Assembly (NCBI RefSeq): GCF_006345805.1
Contig: NC_042998.1
Coordinates: forward strand, 190,588,001-190,652,000
Source: Octopus sinensis
Taxonomy: Eukaryota
Length of the DNA stretch: 64,000 bases
Reading direction: 5' to 3'
Shown: positions 13,460 through 25,654 of the stretch, in pieces
Layout of the letters: each line of letters begins with the position of its first letter
Numbering within the stretch: the stretch's first letter is position 1
Program-made: the position numbers and the translations under genes
The notes under the pieces: generated by a model
Database searches by the model: none
Seen by the model: only the letters and a program-made list of their open reading frames with translations
Told to the model about the DNA's origin: nothing

Positions 13460-14760
13460 AAAGTTTTTCTCAGTGGGCCAGGAGGAGTTGAGAAGAGCCA
13501 TGTTATCAAGCTGGTTCACTATGAAACTATGAAGCTGCTGAAACCACTCTCTGGACATTTCGGTCCTGATGAACTTCCTGTTGTACTGACTGCTTTCATA
13601 GGGACAGCAGCATTTGGCATTGAGGGGATGACGATGCTTTCAGCTCTTGGATTTAGCTGTGGACCCAAGACTAGTACCCAGTACCAATCGATAGACTGTG
13701 AGAAGCTAAATGCTCTCCACTCAAGGTTGGGCAAGCAGCAGCTCCTGATTAAAGATGACGTGCCTACGGTTGGAGCCGACCTCCTCTACTCTATCCATCG
13801 CCGGCTTCAAGACATCTTGTGGGAACTCTGACCCAGATTCCCGATTTGGAGGAGTCAGTGTGATGGCCGTTGGGGATCTCTACCAACTGCAACCTGTTGG
13901 CCAGAATCACGTCTTTGGTCTCCCAAAAGACAACTACGCCCGCTCGCGTGGAACTCACGGAAAGCATGCGACAAAATGACGATCAACGTTTTGCCCAATT
14001 GTTGATGAGGGTCAGGACAGCACGGCAAATGATTTAAGCTTGCTTAAGACCAGAGTCATCACTAAAGAAGACACTGACTACCCAGCGAACGCCCTTCATG
14101 TGTTTAAAACGAACAAAGAGGTTGATGAACATAACACAGAACACCTCAAGCTGCTTGACCCGATTTATGACTTCAAAGCTACCGACAAAAAGACGTCCAG
14201 ACTGGCCTTATTGATGTTGCCATTTCCACTATGGCAACAGACACTGGCGACCTCAGGGAAGTACTGTCTGTAGCTGTTAGCGCTAGAGTGATGATAACTG
14301 TCAACATAGACGTCTCTGACAGTCTGGCAAATGGTATCTGTGGCACAGCTGTTGGGATCGACAACACCGGTAGTGACGCCCATACAATCCTCGTCAAATT
14401 TGACAGTGAACGGATAGGTAAGCAGGCTGTCGCTGACAGCCAGTACAAGAGGTCATTCACGGGAGCAGTTCCCATCAAACGACTGGATGTTGTGTTCTAT
14501 ATCGGGAGGGGTAGACTATCTGTGGAGGCTAAGTGTTCGCAAACTCCTCTCTTACTGGCCTGGAGTTGCACCATACATAAAATCCAGGGAAAGACCATGG
14601 ATAAGATTCTTGTTGCCATACAAGGAAAAGGTTCCTTGATGCCTGGTCAGGCGTATGGTACCTTGACTCGTGTCCGACACTTGAGTGGCCTCTTCTTGCT
14701 TGGATTTGATGCCACTGCAATCCGCACAAGTCCATCTGTTGTTCATGAAATGGACAGGCT
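13460..14760 (+). pseudogene. Helentron PIF1-family helicase
   Basis: FLSGPGGVEKS (mutated Walker A), FGGVSVMAVGDLYQLQPV, LTESMRQNDD, ARVMITVNID...NG, AWSCTIHKIQGKT, GQAYGTLTRVR; frameshifted. Confidence 0.9.
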
Positions 14761-14829
14761 TCGACAGCAAACATCGTCTGAAACTTCTGCCTTCTGCTGC
14801 TCCCACAGTTATTGATGGAGGACTGCAAA

Positions 14830-15449
14830 TCAGACTGCTCAATATCAGGTCCTACTTTGAACATGAACAAGACTCGAAAGCGGCCAACATTCTTCAAAAT
14901 GTTGATGTGTTTTTGTTTCGTGGAAACGTTCTTGAAGAAGAATCAACAAGTAGCATCCATCCCGCCGCAGTCGAAGATCACTAGAGCAGACAGGCCTGCT
15001 GCACTGGGGCGTGGAGATGGGGCGATGACTGATGCCGAGCAGGAGATCGCCTCCACGGATATGCATTTAAATGCCAGTGGCTTAGAGTACACCGCTGTCG
15101 GGGTAACTATCTCGTCAGCAAAAATCAATATCATCACCATTTACAGATCCCCTTCCGTACCAGTTGCTCCTTTCCTCACCAGCCTGCATCATCTTATAAG
15201 ATCTTTGCCAAGGAATCATCTGACGATCGTCCTTGGTGATTTCAAAGTGGATCTCCTTGATTCTCCTAACCATGAGATCTTGACAACTATGAACCAGTTT
15301 GGGTTCGACCCACTTGTCCAAAACCCGCCACCAACTATAGAAGCCTGCTAGATCATGTTTACGTGAACCAGGATCGGCGTCCACAAGTCACCGTAACCGA
15401 CTGTAACTTTTCCGACCATGATGTTGTGTGTGTATCACTCAAATTTTAG
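14830..15449 (+). pseudogene. Helentron AP-type (EEP) endonuclease domain
   Basis: LNIRS, CFVETFL, IYRSP, LGDFKVDL, LDHVYVN, SDHDVV then stop at 15447-15449; frameshifted. Confidence 0.85.
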
Positions 15450-16199
15450 GTAATTATTGTTTCGTTTTAGTTGTATGGTGAAACTAGTTTGCTGTTGTCA
15501 TTGATGTATTATAACTGCTTCAGATGATTCCTGTTTTAGAGGGATTTAAAAAAAAATCATATGGCTGTGTTATTATTTTTTACCCCTGCCAAGGAGGTTA
15601 TATTTTTGCCGGCGTTGGTTTGAGAAATTGGGCGACTTTCAGCGTGCGTGTATATGGGTGGAAATGAGCAGCTTGGTAGAGGTCTTCGCCCTCCGAGTGC
15701 TTTTCTAGTTAACTTTGTGTATGCGGCGAGCTGGCAAAAGCGTTAGAGCACCAGGCAAAATGCCTAGGGATATTTCGCCCGTCTTTACGTTCTGAGTTCA
15801 AATTCTGCCGAGATCGACTTTACCTTTCATCATTTCGGGAGCGATAAAATAAGTACTATTAAAATTCTGGGGTTGATGTAATCGAATTACCCCACCCGCC
15901 AAAATTACTAGTCTTGTGTCAAAATTTGAAACCAAGATTTATTAATTTTGGAGTTGTGTCCCCTATCTTTCTAAAGCTAATGGCCTTTAGCTAAATCTGT
16001 TCTTGTTAAATTAAGTAAACTAGCATCGTCTTGGTTTTATTCCTCTATTAAAAATTTAGAGTGTTCATTGAGGATGAAAATGAAGTATCTATCCTTTCAT
16101 AGATATGACTAGCTGGTATTGAGAGGATGTTCTTTCTTACTACAATGTTTGTTTAGCTCAGCTACAACCGGCGATCAGAAACATAATGATAACGGTGGT

Positions 16200-16660
16200 T
16201 TTAGATATAGGTAAAAGGCCGGTTGATTTTGAGTGGAAGGGTTAGTCGCCACCATTGTCTCCAGTATTTTGTTTATTCGGCCCGGTGTGATGAAAAGCAA
16301 AATTGCTTTCGATGGGATTTGAACTCACTAACCAATGTGTCGGAAAAAATACAGGGAGGTATTTCTCCGACGCTCTAACGTTACCTATTTCTTTACTACC
16401 CACAAGGGGCTAAACACAGAGAGGACAAACAAGGACAGACAAAGGGATTAAGTCGATTACATCGACCCCAGTGCGTAACTGGTACTTAATTTATCGACCC
16501 CGAAAGGATGAAAGGCAAAGTTGACCTCGGCGGAATTTGAACTCAGAACGTAACGGCAGACGAAATACGGCTACGCATTTCGCCCGGCGTGCTAACGGTT
16601 CTGCCAGCTCGCCGCCTTTCGACGCTCTAATGTTACCGCTTACTCGCCACTGATATGAAC
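16200..16660 (-). mobile_element. Old SINE A with a younger SINE A (16386-16618) nested in the same orientation
   Basis: 18-bp TSD cgacgctctaa(c/t)gttacc at 16368-16385 and 16620-16637. Confidence 0.8.
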
Positions 16661-17469
16661 GCCTTCCAATTTAGGTACAAGCCCAACAGTTTTGAAGGGG
16701 TGTGGTTAGTCGATACCTTCGATCTCAGTATTTGACAGATACTTTATTTTATGGACCTCAGAGGGATGAATGACAAAGGTGACATCACTTGGATTTGAAC
16801 CCAGAACATTTATCTAAGCATAATCGACGCTTTATCTTTTCAGCTAGTTCTCTGCTTTGCCACCAAAGTAATAACAATAAATAAATAAACGCGAGAAAGG
16901 CGAAAACGAAGATGAAAGGTTGTCATACACAGAATTAGAAATAAAAGTGCTTTAAATATGTTTTTCTTATCTAAATAGTTTGTTTCTATATAACAATTAT
17001 TTAAGAAGTATTTTATCCGAGTTGGCCAAATTATTTCTTCTACAAAACTAAATTGGAGTTGAAAAATTGCCATTGCGCTGTATAATGACGCCGTGTTTTG
17101 CATACATGATCATATACACAGGACTCTGCCTGTCTATTTTTCTCTCTGCGTTTCTCTCTTTCTCTGTTTTCCACTCTTTCCTTCTGTCTAATATCATATT
17201 GAGCTAGTTGTGGCAGTTGATCAGTAAATAACAGGCGGCAAAGAGCAGAAGTAGGAGTGTGGGGCATTCGTAGGCCAACTACTTTGCTGGAACTGTTAAA
17301 ATCTAAGTTGAGAAGTGATGACTGCAGATATGGGGCAACTGTGGGTGCGGACCATGGTTGAGAGTTAATAACTATGAGTAACTTTAGAACGTGAGTAGCC
17401 TAGATGTAAATTGAATTAACATAGATGTAGAGCCAACTTAGTGAAAGTACCGCAATATTAAGTATCATT

Positions 17470-18248
17470 AAGACGGCGAGCTGGCAGAACCGTTAGCACG
17501 CCGGGTGAAATGCTTAGCGGTATTTCGTCTGCCGCTACGTTGTGAGTTCAAATTCCGCCGAGGTCGACTTTGCCTTTCATCCTTTCGGGGTCGATTAAAT
17601 AAGTACCAGTTACACACTGAGGTCGATGTAATCGATTTAATCCGTTTGTCTGTCCTTGTTTGTCCTCTCTGTGTTTAGCTCCTTGTGGGTAGTAAAGAAA
17701 TAGGTATTTCGTCTGCCGCTACGTTCTGAGTTCAAATTCCGCCGAGGTCGACTTTGCCTTTCATGCTTTCGGGATTGATTAAATAAGTACCAGTTACGCA
17801 CTGGAGTCGATGTAATCGACTTAATACCTATGTCTGTCCTTGTTTGTCCCCTCTGTCTTTAGCCCCTTGTGGGTAGTAAAGAAATAGGTATTCGTCTGCC
17901 GCTACGTTCTGAGTTCAGTTTCAGCCGAGGTCGACTTTGCCTTTCATCCTTTCGGGGTTGATTAAATAAGTACCAGTTAGCGCACTGGGGTCGATGTAAT
18001 CGACTTAATCCGTTTGTCTGTCCTTGTTTGTCCCCTCTGTGTTTAGCCCCTTGTGGACAATAAAGAAATAAGAATCGTTAGAACGCCAGACAAAATGCTT
18101 AGCGGCATTTCACCTGTCTCTACGTTCTGAGTTCAAATTCTGAGGTTGACTTTGCCTTTCATCCTTTTGGGGTCGATAAAGTAAGTACTGGTTGACTTAC
18201 CTCCTCCCACGAAATTGTTGGCCTTGTGCCAAGATTTGAAACCAATAT
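17470..18248 (+). mobile_element. SINE A tandem multimer (one head, three 184-bp units, then an alternative-tail copy)
   Basis: Units start at tatttcgtc (17521, 17705) and tattcgtc (17889), joined by aaagaaatagg-tatt(t)cgtc. Confidence 0.9.
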
Positions 18249-18379
18249 TACGGATAGCATTATTTCTTATTAATAACAGTATAATATCACAGAAGATGTG
18301 CTTTTGTATTTGTGGTTCTCTAACGACCACTAATTTCATTTACATTTTTCCTGTGCATAAAAACATAGATTAAAATTGG

Positions 18380-18610
18380 CAGTGCATATATGTGATGGCT
18401 GCCCCCTCATTATCGAGTATGGCCATTGCACAAAGCTTAACTGTTATTGGTGCTGTGATCGAATGTGACTTTTAAGCCCAGCTAAAGATCTACAATGTCT
18501 CGTACAGAATTGGCAAATAAAACCTTTACAACTGTAGTTGTAACTGGGCTTCATGTACCTTTGCATGTCGTTTAAGTCCTCCTGCCGAATTACACTCTCT
18601 TCCACATATA
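18380..18610 (-). mobile_element. 3' end of an RTE-type LINE with two C2H2-like motifs
   Basis: HICGRECNSAGGLKRHAKVH and FICQFCTRHCRSLAGLKSHIRSQH in two frames, then stop and an RTE-like tail gccatactcgataatgagggggcagcc. Confidence 0.55.
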
Positions 18611-20604
18611 TGTACATACATACATACATACATACATACATACATACACACGGACACACATACACACACACGTATATACATGAACATGAAATTCCGATAC
18701 CAGAGATAATTCGTGGGAACATTTGCGACCACAATTGGGAACCCCCTCGAATGGCATCGAAATCTTGTACGTTTATTGCAAGGGAGAGTTGCCAAGTAAT
18801 AAAACCCAGCAGAAAACAATAAGTAAAACAAACGGAAGAGAGAGAGAGAGAGAGAGAGGAGGGGTTGGAGGGGGGGGGCGGGGGCGGGCGTCGGGCGGCC
18901 AATAATATTTAGTTTTGGATAGAACGAGTAAACATGTGAAAGTGTATTGTGGTGTAAGTAAATGAAAACTGAACCTGTGTAACAAGTGAATGAATAGACA
19001 CGTTCAGCGCGTTAAATTATATTAATTAGATGAAAAGAAATAAGGAACAAAGGAATAAGTTGAGAGAACAAGTTAAAGAAGAATTGACAAGGCGAACGAA
19101 AATGATTTATTTATGAAAAATTATTGAGGTGGGGTTACGATTAAGGTAGGAGGTAAAGAACGAGTTGAGATAAAAATCAAGGAAAGATGACTAGAACGAA
19201 AGAAGGAATAAGGAGAAAGAAAGAAATGAATATATGAAAATTGAATGAGAATGAATGAAAGAAAAGAGCTGTTAAATTGGTTGAAAGGGCAGTTTCTATA
19301 CATGAAATGATAAAAATTACAGACGAGAAAATAGCGAAGGAATGGCGAATGAAGTATAGAAAAATGACGTATGAAAAACGATTGAAGAAAGTTCTTTAAT
19401 AAGGTATAATATAAATGAGAAAACAGAACGACAAAGTTAAAAAGAAGAAAAAAAGTAGGAGTAAATCATTCGCACTGGGAAAGGGGTCAATATTCACCAA
19501 TATAATAAAGCTGGCTTAAAGGGTAATAGGTCTAAGAATAGATACATTTAACAAAAGAATAACAGCTTCGATCTATAATTTCTTTGGCAACAGACCAAAC
19601 ATAGTTGCTGTTTGTTTACTAACGAAGTGTTCTGTGAGAGTTTTACCAGTTGGTCACTTCCGCTGGCTTCATTACAACATGACCAGCACTGAATTAGAAA
19701 TATTGTGCTGAGAATGAAGAAGAGGAAAATGAAAGAAAATATATAACTAGAGAAGTGGAACGAATGGAGAACACTGTGTGTGAATGGCTTCCGCTTGTAG
19801 CTTGGAGATGTGAACTGCTTGTTTACACAAAAGCTCAGCTATCAAACTTTCAACTGTTAGTTGGAGCAAAACCTACTAATTTTGACACACCACTATTCAT
19901 TAGAATTCATACCATTCGCAATTAACGGCTGAATTCAAATAATAATAATAATAAGTGAATATATATAACAAATATAAAACTGCCATCCAGTTATTATATT
20001 CAGTACCGTTTGATAAATCAGATTAACAAATAATAACAATAAGCTTAAGTGAACAATAAATCAGATTTTTGTGATATTTCATTCACTTATCTGCCATTGC
20101 CAGAAGTGGTAAGGAGATTTAAAAATTAGTTAAGAAAGAGACAGACAAGTACCCTATTCATCACCGTATTTTAAATGTTGAGCACGCAGCTTTGCTGTAA
20201 ATATGAAGCGAATTTGAAATTATACACGTGTGAATTGCCACAAAACATGAAAAGTATTGTTACTGTTGTGCCAGTAGTGTTATACTGGAAGATTACAGAG
20301 GTTAGGCTGAAAATTTTCTTTTTTAATCTTCGATCACCGGTGTCTCGACAATAACTCCCTCTCCCTCCCTCTCTCTCTTTCTCTCTGTCTCTCTCTTTCT
20401 CTCTGTCTGTGTTTTTCTCTCTTTCTCTCTCTCTCTCTCTCACACACACACATTCATACACACATACACACACACACATATATATATATAAACATACACA
20501 TGCATACACATATACTGCTTTGCAGTAAATACTATGTCTTGTTAAAATCATGTGAGGTCTTTCAATGACAAAAGGACTCTGTGTGTGTGTGTGTGTGTGT
20601 GTGA

Positions 20605-20635
<31 letters not shown>

Positions 20636-20738
20636 TGTGTATGTGTGTGTGTGTGTGTGCGTGCGTGCGTGTATGTGTGTGTATGTGTGTGTGTGTGAGT
20701 ATGTGTGTGTGTGTGTATGTGTGAGTGTGTGTGTATGT

Positions 20739-20773
<35 letters not shown>

Positions 20774-21108
20774 TATGCAGAGAAGAAAAGAGAGTGCCCA
20801 TGACGTTCTCAAGACATTCAGTGTTAGAGAAATTGGTGTGGTCGATGTTCCTCTTGAACCTGTATTTGTGTGTCTGTTAGAGGAGGTACTATTAAGTTTT
20901 CGATACCACAGAGAAGAAAGATTAGATGAAATGTTTATTGAGAGATATGGAAGGTTGAACTTACTAAGGGACACAGGGGGCGGAGATACAAGAGATAGGT
21001 GGGGACAATTGTCCCTGGGTGGGGAAGTGATAGTATGCAGCTAGCTATTTCTGGCGAGCAGAAATATTTGTAGTGGCGATATAATACACAGAGAGAAGGA
21101 CCTCATAC

Positions 21109-21343
21109 CTATTTCTTTATTACACTCAAGGGGCTAAACACAGAGGGGACAAACAAAGACAGACAAAGGGATTAAGTCGATTATATCGACCCTCAGTGCG
21201 TAATTGGAACTTATATAATCGACCCCGAAAGGATGAAAGGCAAAGTCGACCTCGGCGGAATTTGAACTCAGAACGTAACGGCAGAAGAAATACCGCTAAG
21301 CATTTCGCCCGGCGTGCTAACGATTCTGCCAGCTCGCCGCCTT
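21109..21343 (-). mobile_element. Full-length SINE A monomer
   Basis: 14-bp TSD gaaggacctcatac at 21095-21108 and 21344-21357. Confidence 0.9.
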
Positions 21344-22082
21344 GAAGGACCTCATACTTGTGAGTTAAAAGGTTATAACATGTTGAAGACTGGATCCTGC
21401 CAATAAATCAATTAGATTTTACTTGGGTTCATCTTGGATGCTTGTGGCTGCCACAGGAGCAGAATCTCATTAATATGATGACAACTCGCATGTCGGTTAT
21501 ATTTGAACTTTGTAAATAATTGATCAGTACTGAAGCATTTTATTTATCTAGAGAAGAATCATAGTCTGTGTGATGAAAATTTGAGAAAGTTATATGTGGA
21601 GTTACCATAAGAGGTAATCAAAGAATGGTATTTTGAGTGCAATATTGAGTGTTGTGTATGACAAGAAGGTGTGAGTTAGAGATATCCATGATATGTGTAG
21701 TGGAAAAGAGCTCAGGCTGTTGAAACCTGTTTGCCATGTAAAAGATGATCCCAAGGCCTCTGTTCATGGTGTCAATGTACGTATGGCTTGAGATGTTTAA
21801 GCTGTGTGTGGATGGCACCTATTGAGAAGTTGTTAGGCTTGTCAGAAGTATTAGCAAGTTATTAATTCCCAAATGGGATATATAGGTGTCATTACGGAAA
21901 TTTAGGGTATATCAGGGTTAATAGAGTGAGGGCTGGAAACAGCTTCGTCATCAAACCGTTCAATGACGCAGTTTAACAAGACACCTTTGAGTTGTATTAT
22001 GAAGGAGATAAGCGAGTGACTTCAATCCTCGGAAGTTCTTGTGACAGACACTGTCGAAGGCTTTACGAATGTCTACAATAAC

Positions 22083-22290
22083 ATTCTGTTGTGTCTGGGG
22101 AGAGTCATTTTCTTTTTGTGCCTGATAATATAACACACTCACCGGTAAAATTTCCGTTTTTTTCTTATTTTTATTGTCCTAAAATTTTCGTTGCGTCTTG
22201 CAACCAGACACAACAAAATATTCTTCAACACACGAACTCATATAAAGAATCTTGTTAACTAAATCCAAAAACGAAATGCAATAACATTGC
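22083..22290 (-). repeat. Dispersed repeat homologous to 60120-60394 (internally deleted)
   Basis: Reverse complement of the 60.1-kb element lacking about 75 bp between gcaacc and agacacaac. Confidence 0.8.
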
Positions 22291-23111
22291 TTTCAGCGTA
22301 ATTCTCAGGTACTTGCTATCATTGATGAATATCGCAAGAGAGTACGTCTCCAGTCTACGCAGAAATAGTTAAATTTGTGCCGTTTATAATATCTGCCATG
22401 TAGGTTATATATGATTTTACTGAAGCCATACTAATATTCACTGAAGGAGACTCAAGTGTTTTATTGACAACTGTCTCAATTGTTTTTGAGATGTTGGAAT
22501 GAAAGCGTTAGATTGGTGGCTGGCAGGATTAAGCAATTTTTAATGCTTTTAGAAACTGAACGCATCGTAGCATGTTTCCAAAGATTGAGATAGATATATG
22601 GAAAGGAACAGAGAAAGTGGGGAAGTGTGTGTATCTATGAGTGAGAGAGAAAGAGAAAGAGAGAGTCAGAGAGTAAAAGAGAGGGGAAAGAGAGAAGGAG
22701 TGAGAGCGAGAGAAGTTCTACCTGTAGATGTTGCGATGGGTAGATACCTTGTATTTTGGGTGACTTTCAAGAGGAATTAAAGGGGTACCTTTTGCTTGTG
22801 CTATTGTACGCGAATCAACTGAAAGGTTTTCGCCGCATGAGCTTTGACTACGAAGATGGCTTCAATCACCAACTTAGCCGCCTGAGATAGATAAAGGGTG
22901 AGAAACATTGGCTATCTTGGATGGTGGATCTAAAGCCAGCGTAGCACCGACCAATTGAGTTGTAGTGCCAGAGAGCTCGAGTTGAGATTTGCTGTTGGAC
23001 AACGTATAGTTGCCTTATTAGTCTGTAATTACACGAAACTAAAATATATAGGTAACGGTTAGGTTTCAAGGTGAAGAATATATTAAGGTTATTTGTCAGA
23101 GATACAAGTAT

Positions 23112-23395
23112 TTTTATTTATTATTTTATTCCTTCTCGAGCCACGCCTGGCTCATAAGGGCCGGTTTCCCGGTTTCTTGGAGTATAGTTTCCCCACCTGG
23201 ACGGGACGCCAGGTGGGGAGTGAGAGAAAGTTGTGGCGAAAGAGTCAGCAGAAGTTCGCCATTACCTTCTGCCGGAGCCGCGTGGAGCTTAGGTGTTTCG
23301 CTCAAAAACACACATATCGCCCGGTCTGAGATTCGAACCCGCGATCCTTCGACCGCGAGTCCGCTGCTCTAACCACAAGGTCATGTGCCTCCACA
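23112..23395 (-). mobile_element. SINE family C, tail type 3
   Basis: Same head and core, third tail ending in A-rich aataaaataataaataaaaa; 14-bp TSD agagatacaagtat at 23098-23111 and 23396-23409. Confidence 0.85.
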
Positions 23396-23750
23396 AGAGA
23401 TACAAGTATGAGTGGATATTAACTGGTGCTAACAGTTAACGGTGGCAAACGATTCGGTCTCTACACCAGTTACATCGGTGTTGGTGGAGTGCGAGAGCGA
23501 GAAGTCTTTGTGTACTTTGAAGCCACCAAGAATAATGACTTCAGAGTGAAATAAGTATCTTCAATGTAGTCAAGTAGCTGATTGTGACTGGGTGAGTTTG
23601 GTGTGCGAGCGATAGAAGAAATAGTTGAATTTAGAGAAAAAGGGGGAAAAAGCCTTTGGGTCAGAACAACTGAAAGTCGTTGATGACTTACGTGGTACGT
23701 CTGGAATTATCCAGTACGAAATTGTAAGAATAACAGGTATATTAAATTTA

Positions 23751-23793
23751 GCCCCTTGTGGGTAGTCTAGGCCCTTGTGGGTAGTAAAGAAAT
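23751..23793 (+). mobile_element. Tail-only (43 bp) SINE A-type insertion
   Basis: gccccttgtgggtagt duplicated plus aaagaaat; 16-bp TSD aggtatattaaattta at 23735-23750 and 23794-23809. Confidence 0.8.
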
Positions 23794-23909
23794 AGGTATA
23801 TTAAATTTACAGACGCGCAATTTCCGAAGCTTACGAGACGAAAGGACTATAAAAGGAAGCAGAAGCAAGTGGCATGGGAAGGAGTGAAAGGCAAGTAGAA
23901 AAAGAGAAA

Positions 23910-23978
<69 letters not shown>

Positions 23979-24399
23979 GAGATACAGAGCGAAAGATAAT
24001 TATATACACACAGAAACACACACACATACATGTATGTGTGTGTATGTGTGTATGTTAAATTTTACTTCCACGAGAATGCTCATTTCAATCCCATTTGTTG
24101 AAGTTAGAGCTGATGCATGCATTAGAAAATTCGATGCGACTCCTCGAAAACAAAAGGTATCATGTGGTGAGAATATAGAAGAGAATAAAATCTGCTATCA
24201 ATCTACTCTATGTATCTGAACTGGAAGAATTTGTGCTGAGTAGAGGGATAAAGTTTGTTACTATCGTCAAATTGAACACTTATATATATACCTCTAATTA
24301 ATGAGCCAACAAAGAAAATTTCAATAGTTGAAATAAATGAGTTACAGTTTAGAATTCGAATATTGAAAAATTCAAAGATTCCTAAGCTAACCATCTACA

Positions 24400-25010
24400 A
24401 GAGGAAAAGGAATGTCAGAAAGATCTTCAAAACTATACCAAAATTCATAATATCGTCTATAGACAATGGCTATGTTTCTGATGTATTGCACAGAATAATC
24501 GTAAATAACGACTCTTGTATATAAATTACCGCAAGTATTGAACTCAAACTGTCAGTTATATTAAGGAAGCCCTGTCTTACCGACAGCCACGTCAGTATGT
24601 CATGCTCTGAGCAGTTTGTTGGTTAATGTTTCTTCTTTCGTAAATAGAACTTCCTCCTGTCTGAAAGTTCAGCTCGTAACATACAGCTAATCAAATACAT
24701 GGCCATTATGTTCTGCCAAATGATTAGTATTGATGTATTCAGGTTATTTGTTATAGTTCCAACTGACGAAGCTGTGTCACTTGTCAGAGCCAGACTGGAA
24801 GCAAACCAAAGTCATCAAAAAAAGGACAAATATACCAACAAATAGCAGAAAGAAAATTCTGACATTGTGCATAAGAATGGCAAATTTCCATATCAAAAAC
24901 AAGTTATACATCAAGTGGAAATGACAGCTGTAGATTCATTATCACCAATAATGCCCCAAATCTATATAAAATACGAACATTTTGAATATATAATTCTTGA
25001 AAGTGGAACA
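24400..25010 (+). pseudogene. Penelope-like element reverse transcriptase fragment
   Basis: PK..IISSID, MISIDVFRLFVIVPTDEAVSLVRARL, ILTLC, TAVDSLSPIMPQIYI resemble PLE RT motifs (SFDVxSLFTxVP; AMGSPLSP); many stops. Confidence 0.6.
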
Positions 25011-25654
25011 GTAAAACTTTAACTAAATTTTTGATACATATATAACACCTTCGACACCAGTAGGATGTCGCAGCTCTGCTGAATCGTATGGATTCTTGGA
25101 ATTCCAGAGAACAATGGAAACTGTTGATAGAACATCAGTGTAGAGGAATACGATAGGAAATAATCTACACCAATGAATCTATGATTAAACAATACAATTA
25201 TAAAGAAAGAAATGTCATGATTTCCAGAGTATAAAGTAAAATTAAATCAGAAAACATTGACAATCTCATTTGAAGAGTCTTGCCGAAGAAATATCGAGAA
25301 TTTGTGGAATGAATAGAACCATATCAGTCTTTAGAAGTAATTGTATTGCACAGAATCTTCTCCAAAAGCAAACGTATGCGGAAGATACTGAAGATTGCAT
25401 GGTGAACAGACGTAGAAAATGATAGCAAAGAGGCTCATTATCTTGCTTGGAGAATGTGAAATTTAAAATATTTTTCAAAATACTATGCCCGCATGTATCA
25501 TTTTACAAGCTGCATTGTCATTGTCAGGCGTCGCGGTAAATTGCACAAACATATCAAGCAATTGTTTGGAGCCTTGGAATAAAGTTAGTCCATAAATGTT
25601 GTAAAGTACAGGAGTTGTATTAGAATAGTAAAAATCTCCCATTTGAATTTACCC

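Larger units (their letters stand above)
11480..15710 (+). mobile_element. Helentron (endonuclease-encoding Helitron2-type), internally deleted and decayed
   Basis: Rep, PIF1 helicase and APE domains in one orientation; T-rich 5' end with subterminal cctccgccaag (11487-11497); matching cttggtagagg (15672-15682, 9/11); degenerate hairpin and 3' ctagtt (15705-15710). Confidence 0.8.
20790..23750 (-). pseudogene. Highly decayed LINE ORF2 (CR1/L2/Jockey group), interrupted by later insertions
   Basis: NYRLI...YAGFRS (about 23000), VDIRKAFDSVCH (about 22060), degenerate PQG region, LGIIF, FKRNID near the 3' end, all collinear on the minus strand. Confidence 0.5.

Noticed and set aside
12025-15351. 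Host PIF1 helicase gene
   Set aside because: Fused context with Rep and APE domains, multiple stops and frameshifts, mutated Walker A/B, and Helentron termini.
17470-18248. CRISPR array or satellite DNA
   Set aside because: Units are 184-bp SINE bodies without unique spacers; eukaryotic context; no cas genes.
18444-18902. Octopus C2H2 zinc-finger gene
   Set aside because: No TGEKP linkers, frameshift between fingers, microsatellite upstream, and LINE-like tail.
20171-21044. 267-aa and 159-aa ORFs
   Set aside because: Open only because of (CA/TG)n tracts; the remainder is antisense or decayed LINE.
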